Notes under the pieces: model-generated | What the model saw: the letters and a program-made list of their open reading frames with translations, nothing else | What the model was told of the DNA's origin: nothing | Database searches by the model: none | Program-made: the position numbers and the translations under genes | Source of the DNA: an uncultured bacterium | GTDB lineage: Bacteria; Patescibacteriota; Patescibacteriia; Patescibacteriales; UBA12465 | Assembly: GCA_942492765.1 (NCBI GenBank) | Contig: OW818634.1 | Coordinates: 217,159 to 281,158 of the forward strand | DNA: 64,000 nt | Direction: 5' to 3' | Shown: one piece after another, positions 34,427 through 44,000 of the stretch | How the letters are laid out: every line of letters begins with the position of its first letter | Position numbering within the stretch: the first letter of the stretch is position 1

Positions 34427-35353
34427 TTATTTTAGGGCGATCGTTTCTTTCTTGCTGGCGCGCAGCGACATGACCAGGAATAGTCCCAAGAATATAACCA
34501 TGCTCAGAGGCGCGAGCCAGAATGGGAATTCATGGCCGAAGCTCTCTAAAGTCATGATCGCGCCGAGCACGCCGATCGCGTACATCGCTCCGTTCTTAAG
34601 ATAGGCGAACTTAGTGATCAAGTCTATCCCGCGGATAGTCATTTCCCGAACCACTAAAGCGCCTAAGCCGTTGCCTAAGATGATAAGAGGAACGCTGACA
34701 GTAAAAGCGAAAGCGCCGATGACGCCGTCGATAGAAAATGAAGCGTCTAACACTTCTAGGTAAAGAATCTTGCTCCAAGCGCTCATGGAAGAGCCTAGGA
34801 GCTGTTTTTCTTTCTCTTCGGCATTCTTCTTGAAGCCGTCAGTGATGAAAAAAGCGCTGACGCCGATAGTCGCGGCTAAGGCTAAGATAGGGTTGCGCTG
34901 CAGAGAGAAATAGACTACTGCAGTCGTCAGAAGCGAAGCCAGGGCGTAAAACCAGACTCCTTGGCGATGGATAAAGCCTTCAACCAAGAAAGCATATTTC
35001 TTCTCTTCCAGGAATAACCAGGACAGGAATACTAGAAAAAGATAGATGCCGCCGCCTAAGAGCAGGAGCGGCTTAGAGGCCTCGAGATAATTCCTGATTG
35101 CCGGGTCATTGGAGAAAGCGGCGGAGATGACCTGCAGAATAGACAAGTCAGGATTAGCTATCCAGACGATGATGAAGGGTAAGACGCCTCTGACTATGAA
35201 AACTGCAAATAATAAGCCCCAAAATAAGAAGATTTTACGGTATTTTTCCGACATCGTCTTCAAGACATGGGCGTTGACGACCGCGTTATCGACGCTGCTG
35301 ATGACTTCGAAGAGGCATAGTCCGACGATGATGATCAGGGTGCTCCAAAACAT
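34427..35353 (-). CDS. DUF475 / TerC-like integral membrane protein
   Basis: 308 aa; EVISSVDNAVVNA and SFSIDGVIGAFA repeats typical of DUF475. Confidence 0.8.
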   Translation of the reverse strand: MFWSTLIIIVGLCLFEVISSVDNAVVNAHVLKTMSEKYRKIFLFWGLLFAVFIVRGVLPFIIVWIANPDLSILQVISAAFSNDPAIRNYLEASKPLLLLGGGIYLFLVFLSWLFLEEKKYAFLVEGFIHRQGVWFYALASLLTTAVVYFSLQRNPILALAATIGVSAFFITDGFKKNAEEKEKQLLGSSMSAWSKILYLEVLDASFSIDGVIGAFAFTVSVPLIILGNGLGALVVREMTIRGIDLITKFAYLKNGAMYAIGVLGAIMTLESFGHEFPFWLAPLSMVIFLGLFLVMSLRASKKETIALK

Positions 35354-35412
35354 AATAATAAAAAAGATTAAGATTAATTCAATCTAAAAGGCTGGTATTA
35401 GAAACTTTGGGA

Positions 35413-35544
35413 TTAACGCTGTGGCTTGACGTTGCAGCAGCCGCGAGTCTTCCATTTTTCGTTATCTCTAGTGGCTGACTCGGACTTCTCTTTGAAGTTG
35501 ACCATACGGAGCTTCTGGCCGCTAGGGACGTTTTTCTTTTCCAT
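35413..35544 (-). CDS. possible 43-aa small ORF (MEKKNVPSGQKLRMVNFKEKSESATRDNEKWKTRGCCNVKPQR)
   Basis: Hand-translated; the only coding-like, GC-richer stretch in a 217-nt gap; no Shine-Dalgarno; no family recognised. Confidence 0.25.
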   Translation of the reverse strand: MEKKNVPSGQKLRMVNFKEKSESATRDNEKWKTRGCCNVKPQR

Positions 35545-35570
35545 AAATTTACTGATTATTGATATATTGA

Positions 35571-36125
35571 TTAAAGGTTGACGCGCTGATGACCGATCGG
35601 ATTACTATTCTTCTTATCATCCAGACCCTTATCATAGGTCTCGCCGCGGTTAGCGGCGACGCCATAATGGCTGCCGGTAGAAACGCTGCCGGAAGCTAAG
35701 CCGGTGCCATGCTCTTTATAAGTATCGACATTTCCGTAGAAGCTAGGATCGCGATTAGTCCTAGATAAGCTCGGGCGGACGCTCTTGAGAGTCGAGGTGG
35801 CCGTGGTCCTCTTCTTCTCAGCAGCCACTACCGCCCTTTGCAAGGACGACATCCGCGTTTCGGGCGTGACGCCCAGCTTCTGGAAGACTTTCTTGATATT
35901 ACGGGCTTCTTCGGCCGTTATGCCCTTATCCAGGGATTTAAGTCGGGACATGGCTTCTGAGGCCTTGAAACGGCCGCTGCGGATAGCGCTCTCAGAGCTC
36001 CGAACTACCTTTAAGATATTCTCGCGCTTATCTTTCAGGCTATTATACTTAGTGGCGTAGCCGAGCTTATCCTTGAACTTAGTTACGCTGAAGCCCTTGC
36101 CGCCAGTGATGCCTTTTATTTCCAT
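35571..36125 (-). CDS. hypothetical 184-aa protein
   Basis: ORF track; starts 6 nt after the stop of the 98-aa gene (operon); no family recognised. Confidence 0.55.
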   Translation of the reverse strand: MEIKGITGGKGFSVTKFKDKLGYATKYNSLKDKRENILKVVRSSESAIRSGRFKASEAMSRLKSLDKGITAEEARNIKKVFQKLGVTPETRMSSLQRAVVAAEKKRTTATSTLKSVRPSLSRTNRDPSFYGNVDTYKEHGTGLASGSVSTGSHYGVAANRGETYDKGLDDKKNSNPIGHQRVNL

Positions 36126-36131
36126 ACGGGT

Positions 36132-36428
36132 TTAATCTAAGAAGCCGTCTAAGAGCTTATTGATCTGCTCGAGATCATAGGGCGTCAAACCGAGCTTGAT
36201 CCGATTCTCGTAGAGATGATACTTATCCTCTCGCACGGTTAAGCCGGAGGGTTTGATTCCCTTCCTAATTTTTTCCTTATACTTCTTGATCAGGCTCAGC
36301 ACTAATTCCCGGTTAGCCCCGTCCAGATTCTTATAGTTAGGGTTAGTCCGCATCAATTCCTCCATCCGCTGGGTTATTCGATAATCGGTCTGGTCGGTCA
36401 GGTTTTTGGTTATGTCTTTTAAGTCCAT
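36132..36428 (-). CDS. hypothetical 98-aa protein
   Basis: ORF track; own extended -10 promoter immediately after the secY terminator. Confidence 0.55.
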   Translation of the reverse strand: MDLKDITKNLTDQTDYRITQRMEELMRTNPNYKNLDGANRELVLSLIKKYKEKIRKGIKPSGLTVREDKYHLYENRIKLGLTPYDLEQINKLLDGFLD

Positions 36429-36436
36429 ATCAATTC

Positions 36437-36465
36437 ATTATACCATAAAAAAAATCGGCTTTAAA
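36437..36465 (-). promoter_or_regulatory. extended -10 promoter (TGGTATAAT) with TTTAAA -35 inside the secY terminator loop
   Basis: Minus strand reads TTTTATGGTATAATGAATTGATATG; 8 nt between the -10 box and the ATG. Confidence 0.6.
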
Positions 36466-36475
36466 GCCGATTTTT
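36451..36475 (-). terminator. intrinsic terminator after secY
   Basis: AAAATCGGC-TTTAAA-GCCGATTTT, flanked by A and T runs. Confidence 0.8.
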
Positions 36476-36500
36476 ATTTTTCCTATCGGATAGATGAGAA

Positions 36501-37775
36501 TTAGAGGCCGTCGTATTCGCGCATAGTCATCTGAGCCTCGATCTGCTTGACCGTCTCGATAACTACGGAAACGACGATGAGCAGGCTCGTGCCGCCGACG
36601 GCGAAGGCCTGCATGCCGGTATAATACTTCATGATGAGCGGCAGGACCGCAATCAAGCCTAAGAACAAAGCGCCAGCCAAGATGATCTTATGAGTCGTAT
36701 AGGCTAGATAATCGCTAGTCGGCTTGCCTGGGCGTATACCCGGAATGAAGCCGCCCTGCTTCTGGAGGTTCTCAGCGATCTGCGCCGGATGGAAAATGAC
36801 TTCGGTATAGAAATAGGTGAAGGCGAAAACTAAGACGAAATAGATAATGCCGTAGAAAAGCTGGTTATTGAACAGGCTGATAGTATGAGTCGCGATATTC
36901 GCGATCCAAGCGGTCTTAGCATGAATCAGGAACTGAGCGATCATAGATGGGAACAAGACGACGGAAATGGCGAAGATGATCGGAATGACGCCAGCCATAT
37001 TCACGCGCAGAGGCAAGTGGGTGCTAGTGCCGCCATAAGTGCGGTTGCCGCGGACCTGGCGGGCATACTGGACCGGAACGTTGCGCTGGCCCTCATTAAT
37101 GACCACGACGCCGACGACCGTGATGATCGCGATGACGACGAAGCCGATCAGCATGAAGAGCTGGGTAGAGTCGAAAGTAGTGACAATCTGCTGCACAGTG
37201 GTCGGAAGGCTGGCGACGATGCCAGCAAAGATCAATAAGGAGATGCCGTTGCCGACCTTCTTCTCAGTGATCAATTCGCCGAGCCACATCAGGAAGATCG
37301 AGCCGGCGGTTATAGTCAAAATCATCAAGCCAAAATCAAAAGGGCTGACTTCGCCCAAGATGCCGGATGAACCGTTACGCAGGAGCGTGATCATGCCATA
37401 AGACTGAAGGATCGCTAAAGGCACGGTTGCCCAGCGAGTCCACATATTTATCTTCTGGCGCCCAGATTCTTCTTTCTGCATCTCTTCTATGGACGGAACG
37501 ATCATGCCCAATAGCTGAAAGATGATAGAAGAGGTGATATAAGGACCGACGCCCATCATGACGATAGAGAAATTTTCCATGCCGCCTCCGGAAAACAGGT
37601 TCATCAGGCCTAAGAATTGGTTAGAGGCGAATAAGCTCTTCAAGGCGATAGCGTTGACTCCCGGAACCGGGATATGAGCGGCTAAACGGAAGATGACGAG
37701 CATGCCGAGAACGAACAGGATGCTGTTCCTCAGATCTTTCGCCTTCCAGATTTGCGATAATTTATCAAATATCAT
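36501..37775 (-). CDS. secY: preprotein translocase subunit SecY
   Basis: 424 aa, 10 TM, canonical position after rplO. Confidence 0.95.
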   Translation of the reverse strand: MIFDKLSQIWKAKDLRNSILFVLGMLVIFRLAAHIPVPGVNAIALKSLFASNQFLGLMNLFSGGGMENFSIVMMGVGPYITSSIIFQLLGMIVPSIEEMQKEESGRQKINMWTRWATVPLAILQSYGMITLLRNGSSGILGEVSPFDFGLMILTITAGSIFLMWLGELITEKKVGNGISLLIFAGIVASLPTTVQQIVTTFDSTQLFMLIGFVVIAIITVVGVVVINEGQRNVPVQYARQVRGNRTYGGTSTHLPLRVNMAGVIPIIFAISVVLFPSMIAQFLIHAKTAWIANIATHTISLFNNQLFYGIIYFVLVFAFTYFYTEVIFHPAQIAENLQKQGGFIPGIRPGKPTSDYLAYTTHKIILAGALFLGLIAVLPLIMKYYTGMQAFAVGGTSLLIVVSVVIETVKQIEAQMTMREYDGL

Positions 37776-37819
37776 ATTGATAATTTTAGAAAAATCTTAA
37801 GTCTGACTTAAAAACGGGA

Positions 37820-38233
37820 TTATTTGACTTGTTCTTTGGCGCCGGCGGACATCTTGATCCTCTCGAAAGTAACCTTGACGGTCAGTTTTTCTTTGCCCAA
37901 TACCTTGACCGGCAAAGAAGCGGAGGAGATCAATTTCTTCTCAAATAAGGCGACCGGAGAGACGACATCGCCGTCCTTGAAGGAATTATTGATAGCCTTA
38001 ATGCCAACAACCTGATTCTTCGGCTTTAATGACTTGAAGCCTTTAGATTTAGGAATCTGCAATAACTGCGCTTTCATGCCTAAACGCTTCAGGCCGGAAA
38101 CGCCGGAGCGCTGTCCCTGCCCTTTCTGGCCGCGAGTACTGTAAGTGCCGTGGCCGGAAGCGTTACCGCGGCCGACGCGCTTGTTTGTCTTGGCTCTGCC
38201 TTTAGCTTTGGTTATGGTATTAAGTGATAACAT
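37820..38233 (-). CDS. rplO: 50S ribosomal protein uL15
   Basis: KRVGRGNASGHGTYSTRGQKGQ. Confidence 0.92.
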   Translation of the reverse strand: MLSLNTITKAKGRAKTNKRVGRGNASGHGTYSTRGQKGQGQRSGVSGLKRLGMKAQLLQIPKSKGFKSLKPKNQVVGIKAINNSFKDGDVVSPVALFEKKLISSASLPVKVLGKEKLTVKVTFERIKMSAGAKEQVK

Positions 38234-38260
38234 ATTATTATGAAGTCTAATTAAACGCTA

Positions 38261-38899
38261 TTATTTATCGCTCTGAGGAGCCTTGGCTTCCGCCTTAGCC
38301 GCTTTCGGCTCGCGCACGCGCAATTCTCTCAAAGCTTCTATAGTACAGCGGGCATTATTGATCTTATTGTTAGAGCCTAGGGCTTTGCTAGTGATATTCT
38401 TGACCCCGGCCAATTCCAGGATGATTCTGGTAACGCCGCCGGCGATGACGCCGCGTCCGGTCTTAGCCGGCTTGATCATGATAAGAGCCGCGCCCATCTT
38501 CTTAGTAACCGCATGCGGGATAGTCTCTTTAGCGATGACAACCTTGACCATGTCTTTCTTAGCGCGATTGACGGCCTTATTGACGGCCATAGTGACATCA
38601 GCGCCTTTGCCGACGCCGACGCCGACACTGCCTTTGCGATCGCCGATGGCGACGCAAGCGCGGAAATTCATTCTTTTGCCTCCGGCCATGACACGAGTGA
38701 CGCGCGCTACTTCAAGGATGCGCTGTTCCATCTCGTCTTTCGGCTTATCGTCGCGGCGATCGCCGCGTCCTTTGCCGCGTCCGCCCTGGAATCCGCCGCC
38801 GCGTCTTTTTTCGCCATATAAATCTTTGGCGACAGTCGCTGCTGCTCCCTGGCTAGCGTCCTTGGCTTTGGCTTCGGTTGTTGTTTTTTTGTCTTCCAT
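38261..38899 (-). CDS. rpsE: 30S ribosomal protein uS5 (N-terminal low-complexity extension)
   Basis: RVTRVMAGGKRMNFRACVAIGDRKGSVGVGVGKG. Confidence 0.92.
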   Translation of the reverse strand: MEDKKTTTEAKAKDASQGAAATVAKDLYGEKRRGGGFQGGRGKGRGDRRDDKPKDEMEQRILEVARVTRVMAGGKRMNFRACVAIGDRKGSVGVGVGKGADVTMAVNKAVNRAKKDMVKVVIAKETIPHAVTKKMGAALIMIKPAKTGRGVIAGGVTRIILELAGVKNITSKALGSNNKINNARCTIEALRELRVREPKAAKAEAKAPQSDK

Positions 38900-38927
38900 A
38901 TAATGATTACTAATTGCGAATGTTAAT

Positions 38928-39281
38928 TTAAAATTTCAAGCCGCCTTCGCGCGCTCCTTCAGCTGCCGCTTTCACCCGGCCGTGATATTTATAAGAGCCG
39001 CGATCGAAAACAACGGACTCGATCTTCTTAGTCTTGGCTTTAGTCGCGAGAATCTTGCCTAGTTCTTTGCCAGCTTCAGTCTTATTGACCTTCGCCTTAA
39101 TCTCCTTCATGCCGGCGCTCGCCAAAGTCTGGCCGCCGAGATCATCGATGAGTTGCAAGAACATACCTTTATTGGAGCGGAAAACGCTCAAGCGAGGGCG
39201 AGATTCTGTTCCAGAGATCTTAGCGCGAACGCGTCCATGACGTCTGTCCGCTCTTTGTTTATTGGCCTTGATTTTATCCAT
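38928..39281 (-). CDS. rplR: 50S ribosomal protein uL18
   Basis: [20 protein letters not shown]. Confidence 0.92.
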   Translation of the reverse strand: MDKIKANKQRADRRHGRVRAKISGTESRPRLSVFRSNKGMFLQLIDDLGGQTLASAGMKEIKAKVNKTEAGKELGKILATKAKTKKIESVVFDRGSYKYHGRVKAAAEGAREGGLKF

Positions 39282-39308
39282 ATGATTAAAATTCTTATCG
39301 ATTTAAGA

Positions 39309-39854
39309 TTATTTGCCCTTAGCAGCCGCTTTGCCGGCTTTGCGTCTGATGATCTCATCAGCGTATTTGACGCCCTTTCCTTTATAAGGTTCCGGCTTGC
39401 GGATCTTTCTGATCTGGGCGGCCGTTTCGCCGACCAAAGCCTTATCAGCTCCTTCTAAAGTGATGACGTTAGCGGCCACAGAAGCGGTGATTCCCTTCGG
39501 CAGCTTGAATTCGATCGGATGAGAGAAGCCGAGGCTCATATTCAACTGGTTGCCAGCAACCGTCGCGCGGTAACCGACGCCGTTGATTTCCAATTTCTTG
39601 ACGAAACCGACGCTGACGCCTTCGACTGAATTCCTAATCAAGCTCCACATCAGCCCCCACATGGCGCTGGCGTTCTTGGCTTCCTTATCATGAGGAGCGA
39701 CGAGAATCTCGTTATTCTCAACCTTAGCGGCGATGAGCTTATTGATAGCCAAACGCAATTCGCCTTTAGGTCCCTTAAAGGTATATTCTTTGGCATCGGC
39801 AGTGAAGCTCACTCCGGCCGGCAATTTGATTGGCAGTTTTCCTAAACGTGACAT
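39309..39854 (-). CDS. rplF: 50S ribosomal protein uL6
   Basis: MSRLGKLPIKLPAGV; spc operon position. Confidence 0.92.
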   Translation of the reverse strand: MSRLGKLPIKLPAGVSFTADAKEYTFKGPKGELRLAINKLIAAKVENNEILVAPHDKEAKNASAMWGLMWSLIRNSVEGVSVGFVKKLEINGVGYRATVAGNQLNMSLGFSHPIEFKLPKGITASVAANVITLEGADKALVGETAAQIRKIRKPEPYKGKGVKYADEIIRRKAGKAAAKGK

Positions 39855-39887
39855 ATGGGATTGATTAAAATATTGAAAGATTAAAAA

Positions 39888-40298
39888 TTAATATATTTCG
39901 CCAAGAACTTCGCCGCCGATATTCTCTTTCTTGGCCTGCTTATTAGTCATCAAGCCGCGGGAGGTGGAAATGATGGCGATGCCGAAATTATTCAAGACCG
40001 TCGGGATCTCATCCTTAGAGACATAGATTCTCAAACCCGGGCGGCTGATGCGCTTGATAGAGCTTATCTGGGGCTTGCCATTCTTATGATATTTCAATTG
40101 AATTTGCAGCTGATCAAAATTATTATGGCGTCCGTTCAAGCCGCCGGCGATTATTTCCGCTTTCTTGACCCAGCCCTCGGTCTCCAAGATCTTGGCGATC
40201 TCGAGCTTGAGCTTGCTGAGCGGCAAAACAATCTCCGACTTTTTTACAGCGGAAGCGTTTCTGATTCTTGTGAACATGTCTGCGATGGGATCCATCAT
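39888..40298 (-). CDS. rpsH: 30S ribosomal protein uS8
   Basis: DPIADMFTRIRNA. Confidence 0.92.
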   Translation of the reverse strand: MMDPIADMFTRIRNASAVKKSEIVLPLSKLKLEIAKILETEGWVKKAEIIAGGLNGRHNNFDQLQIQLKYHKNGKPQISSIKRISRPGLRIYVSKDEIPTVLNNFGIAIISTSRGLMTNKQAKKENIGGEVLGEIY

Positions 40299-40326
40299 AT
40301 TTTTAGGTTAACTTAATTACTTATTT

Positions 40327-40512
40327 TTACCAACTGGACTTCGTGATTCCGGGCAAATCGCCATTATCGGCCAATTCGCGGAAACAGATACGGCATAATT
40401 TAAAATCACGCATGTAGCCGTGGTTGCGGCCGCAGCGCCAGCACCGATTGATCTTCCGGGTGGAAAATTTCGGTTTTCTCTTCGCTTTGACGATTAATGC
40501 AGTTCTTGCCAT
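40327..40512 (-). CDS. rpsN: 30S ribosomal protein uS14, type Z (zinc-binding)
   Basis: 61 aa; CWRCGR...CRIC. Confidence 0.92.
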   Translation of the reverse strand: MARTALIVKAKRKPKFSTRKINRCWRCGRNHGYMRDFKLCRICFRELADNGDLPGITKSSW

Positions 40513-40522
40513 ATATATTTAT

Positions 40523-41068
40523 TTATTTGGTATCTTTTTTAAACGGGAAGCCCAAAAGCTTGAAGAGCTCTAAGCCTTCAGCTCTGTTCTTGGCGTTGGT
40601 AGACAAGCAGACTTCGAGACCGAAGATATTATCGACTTCTTCCATATGGATTTCCGGGAAAGCCGTATAATCCTTGAAGCCGACGGTCATGTTGCCTTCC
40701 CGGTCGATAGCCTTATCACTGATACCGCGGAAGTCGCGGACGCGAGGGAAAGTGATATTGACGAGCTTATCGACAAAATCATACATCTGCTGGCCGCGCA
40801 GGGTCACTTTGGCGCCGATGATCAAGCCTTCTCTGATCTTGAAAGCGGAAATAGATTTCTTGGCGGCGGTCATGACCGGCTTCTGGCCGGCAATCTTAGT
40901 CAGCGCTTTTTCCACGCCTGCCATGAATTCCTTCTCCTTGAGATGATGGCCGAAACCGACGTTTAAGACTACCTTAGTCAAACGCGGAACGAGCATGTCA
41001 TTCTTGAAGCCGAATTCCTTCTTCAGGCTCGGAACGATTTCTTTTTGATATTTTTCTCTTAATCTCAT
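40523..41068 (-). CDS. rplE: 50S ribosomal protein uL5
   Basis: RLREKYQKEIVPSLKKEFGFKN. Confidence 0.92.
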   Translation of the reverse strand: MRLREKYQKEIVPSLKKEFGFKNDMLVPRLTKVVLNVGFGHHLKEKEFMAGVEKALTKIAGQKPVMTAAKKSISAFKIREGLIIGAKVTLRGQQMYDFVDKLVNITFPRVRDFRGISDKAIDREGNMTVGFKDYTAFPEIHMEEVDNIFGLEVCLSTNAKNRAEGLELFKLLGFPFKKDTK

Positions 41069-41072
41069 AGTA

Positions 41073-41396
41073 TTAGTCGATTATTTCCTGACATTTTTTA
41101 CAAACGCGCTGTTTTTTGGATTTATTGCCTTCGGTCTTGACGGTCTTGTGGCCGACTCTAGTCGCCTTGCCGCATTTCGGGCAGACGAGCGCCAGGTTAT
41201 CAGCCTTCATGAAAGCCGGAAATTCTATCCGCTGGCCTTTTTCACCGTTCCTATTCGGGCGCATGTGCTTGATCAACAAATTCAAGCCTTCGATGCTCGC
41301 CTTATTTTCAGACGGGATCACCTGCAAGACCTTGCCGGACTTTCCCTTGTCCTTGCCGGCTAAGATCTTCACTTTGTCATTCTTTTTGATATTCAT
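41073..41396 (-). CDS. rplX: 50S ribosomal protein uL24 (with C-terminal CxxC...CxxC zinc ribbon)
   Basis: IKKNDKVKILAGKDKGKSGKVLQV; CPKCG...CKKC. Confidence 0.9.
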   Translation of the reverse strand: MNIKKNDKVKILAGKDKGKSGKVLQVIPSENKASIEGLNLLIKHMRPNRNGEKGQRIEFPAFMKADNLALVCPKCGKATRVGHKTVKTEGNKSKKQRVCKKCQEIID

Positions 41397-41417
41397 ATAT
41401 TTCTGGCTTGATTTTTT

Positions 41418-41792
41418 TTATAAGACTTCAGGCGCTAAAGAGGCGATCTTGACGAAACCTTCGCGGCGCACTTCTCTGGCTACCGGCCCAAATATGCGGG
41501 TTCCCTTCGGATCCTTCTTCTCCGCATCAGTGATGATAACGCAGGCATTATCGTCAAAGCGGACATAGGAACCATCCGGACGGCGGATTTCTTTCTTGGT
41601 GCGGACGATAACAGCCTTAGCGACGTCGCCTTTCTTGATAGCGGCATGAGGCACGGCCGACTTGACCGCGACCACGACGATATCGCCGACATGGCCGTAA
41701 CGTCTCTTGTAACCGCCTAAGACGCGGATGCACATTACTTCCTTGGCTCCGGAGTTATCAGCTACTTTTAAATATGTTTGTACTTGGACCAT
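41418..41792 (-). CDS. rplN: 50S ribosomal protein uL14
   Basis: [20 protein letters not shown]. Confidence 0.92.
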   Translation of the reverse strand: MVQVQTYLKVADNSGAKEVMCIRVLGGYKRRYGHVGDIVVVAVKSAVPHAAIKKGDVAKAVIVRTKKEIRRPDGSYVRFDDNACVIITDAEKKDPKGTRIFGPVAREVRREGFVKIASLAPEVL

Positions 41793-41814
41793 ATGATTAA
41801 TTCAAATTTAACAA

Positions 41815-42093
41815 TTAGGCTTTGCTCGTTACTCTCCATCTCTTATCACGGCTGAGCGGGCGGCATTCGACGAAGCTGACCTTATCGCCGACATGGAATT
41901 CATTCTTTTCGTCATGAACCTTGTATTTGCGGCTGACGGTATAGCGCTTCTGATATTTCGGATGCTTCTTGACGGTCTCAACCTTAACCACTATGGTCTT
42001 GTCGTTCTTGTCGCTCACGACGACGCCATTAAAAGTGCGGCTGATGATTTCCGGCTTCTTGATCTCTTCTTTTTTGAGTCTGGCTGCGCTCAT
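41815..42093 (-). CDS. rpsQ: 30S ribosomal protein uS17
   Basis: GVVVSDKNDKTIVVKVETVKKHPKYQK. Confidence 0.92.
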   Translation of the reverse strand: MSAARLKKEEIKKPEIISRTFNGVVVSDKNDKTIVVKVETVKKHPKYQKRYTVSRKYKVHDEKNEFHVGDKVSFVECRPLSRDKRWRVTSKA

Positions 42094-42094
42094 A

Positions 42095-42280
42095 TTATTT
42101 TTTCTTATTTAATATAGTTAAAACTTGAGCGACCTGCTCCTTGACGGTTCTGATCTCGCGGACGTTCTTGAGTTGCTTGTTAGAATCCTTAAAACGCAGC
42201 TCGCGTAATTTCTCGCGATCCTGGCTCAGTATCTTATGCAATTCAGCTTCGCTCTTAGTTTGTAATTCTTTGAAATCCAT
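42095..42280 (-). CDS. rpmC: 50S ribosomal protein uL29
   Basis: 61 aa; LRELRFK; sits between rplP and rpsQ. Confidence 0.9.
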   Translation of the reverse strand: MDFKELQTKSEAELHKILSQDREKLRELRFKDSNKQLKNVREIRTVKEQVAQVLTILNKKK

Positions 42281-42307
42281 ATAGTTATCCTAATTTATTC
42301 TTACGAA

Positions 42308-42715
42308 TTATTCTTTGCTGACGAATTGGCACTTCACCGGCAGCTTGTGCCCGGCCAATTCCATCGCCTTCTTAGCGGTCTCCTTATCGAGTCCTTCCAT
42401 TTCGAACATGATCATGCCCGGCTTGACGATAGCGACGTAGTAGTCGACGGCGCCTTTACCTTTACCCATCGGGATTTCTCCGCCATGAGCGGTGACTGGC
42501 TTATCCGGGAAGATTCTGATCCAAATCTGTCCGCCCTTCTTGACGTACTTAGTCATGACGCGGCGAGCCGCTTCAATCTGGCGGGAATTGACCCAGCAAG
42601 GAGTCAGGGCCTTCAGGCCATAGCTGCCGAAGCTGATAGTCAGGTGGCGGCTAGCTTTTCCGCCGCGGCGGCGCTTCTGATCCTTTCTCCATTTAGTTTT
42701 CTTTGGCATTAACAT
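42308..42715 (-). CDS. rplP: 50S ribosomal protein uL16
   Basis: MLMPKKTKWRKDQKRRRGG. Confidence 0.92.
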   Translation of the reverse strand: MLMPKKTKWRKDQKRRRGGKASRHLTISFGSYGLKALTPCWVNSRQIEAARRVMTKYVKKGGQIWIRIFPDKPVTAHGGEIPMGKGKGAVDYYVAIVKPGMIMFEMEGLDKETAKKAMELAGHKLPVKCQFVSKE

Positions 42716-42739
42716 ATGTTTTGCAGATTTGTTTTAATT

Positions 42740-43420
42740 TTATTCGGCAATCACTTCACCCTTAGCCGCACCGTCTTTCTCAAAAACTTCTCCCTTATAG
42801 ACCCAAACCTTGATGCCGATGGCTCCGTAAGTGGTATGAGCAGCGCCGCGAGCGTAGTCGATATCGGCGCGCAGGGTCTGTAACGGCACTTTGCCCCAGA
42901 CCAATTTCTCCCGGCGGGCGATTTCCGCGCCATTCAAGCGGCCGGAGATGACGATCTTCGCGCCTAAAGCGCCGGCTCTCTCGATCTTGCCCAGGTTCTG
43001 CTTCATGACTTTTCTGAAAGGCATTCTCTTCTCAATATCCATGATCATGGTCTGGACGATTATCTGAGCGCTGAGGTTCGGACGGCTATACTCCTTGATA
43101 TTCAGGCTGATTTCACCCATGCGGAAATCCTTTAAGAATTTATCATGCAGCTTCTTCTTCAGGTCTTCGGCGCCATTGCCGCCGCGGCCGATGATGAGGC
43201 CCGGCTTAGCGGTCGTGATATTGATCTCGATCTTATTGATAGAACGGATGATCTCGACCCTATCGATGCCCGCTTCCTTGAACTCTCTGATCATGAATTT
43301 GCGGATAGCGATGTCCTGCTTGATATTCTTCACATACTTATCGCCGGATTCGAACCATAAAGACGCCCAAGTCTTGGTGATGCCCATGCGAAGTATTTTC
43401 GGATTAACTTTTTTACCCAT
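42740..43420 (-). CDS. rpsC: 30S ribosomal protein uS3
   Basis: MGKKVNPKILRMGITKTW, KH domain. Confidence 0.92.
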   Translation of the reverse strand: MGKKVNPKILRMGITKTWASLWFESGDKYVKNIKQDIAIRKFMIREFKEAGIDRVEIIRSINKIEINITTAKPGLIIGRGGNGAEDLKKKLHDKFLKDFRMGEISLNIKEYSRPNLSAQIIVQTMIMDIEKRMPFRKVMKQNLGKIERAGALGAKIVISGRLNGAEIARREKLVWGKVPLQTLRADIDYARGAAHTTYGAIGIKVWVYKGEVFEKDGAAKGEVIAE

Positions 43421-43460
43421 ATGAATTCAATTACGAATTAAGAATTTATTTTATGATAGA

Positions 43461-43967
43461 CTAGCCTGCCTTTCTTCTAAACATCTTAGTCTTCTCGCCG
43501 GCAGCCTTCTTGCCTTGTTCTCTTTCAGCCTTAGCTCCGGCTTTCTGAGCGGCGGCTTCGCCTTCCTTCGCTAATTTTTCCAGCTTGACCGGATCCGCAG
43601 CCTTCACGACCTTCTTCTCTTTCTTGCCGCTTTCCTTTATTTCGGCCAAGACAAGGGACAGGTGGCAGCCGCGCTTCCTGATGGAAGTGGCGCGTCCGTG
43701 GGCGCGAGGCATCCAGCGCTTCAACATTACGCCTTCGTCAGAACGGATTTCTTTGATATAAAGATTATCACGCTCTAAGCTATAGGTATTCTCGCCGTTA
43801 GCGATAGCAGACTTGATCAGCTTAGCGACCGGTTCGGCGGCTAGCTTATTCATGAATCTTAATTGATCCAAAGCGGCCTCGACCGGCATCTTGCGGACAA
43901 CGTCAATAGCCAAGCGGATCTTCCGCGGCGACATCCTCAAATGTTTTAAACTGGCTTTTACTTCCAT
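43461..43967 (-). CDS. rplV: 50S ribosomal protein uL22 (C-terminal Lys/Ala/Glu-rich extension)
   Basis: LRMSPRKIRLAIDVVR. Confidence 0.92.
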   Translation of the reverse strand: MEVKASLKHLRMSPRKIRLAIDVVRKMPVEAALDQLRFMNKLAAEPVAKLIKSAIANGENTYSLERDNLYIKEIRSDEGVMLKRWMPRAHGRATSIRKRGCHLSLVLAEIKESGKKEKKVVKAADPVKLEKLAKEGEAAAQKAGAKAEREQGKKAAGEKTKMFRRKAG

Positions 43968-44000
43968 ATTAGTTGGTGGTTAATTATTTCTTTAGCTCGA

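Noticed and set aside
38283-38903. 206-aa plus-strand ORF spanning the whole rpsE locus. Similar long antisense ORFs occur at 30247-30834, 6042-6587, 49748-50272, 41116-41568 and 42326-42712.
   Set aside because: They lie exactly opposite strongly recognisable genes (uS5, AsnRS, deacetylase, EF-G, uL24/uL14, uL16). Their products are low-complexity Ala/Leu/Ser/Arg/Pro-rich, with no family resemblance. This is the expected by-product of codon bias on the opposite strand.
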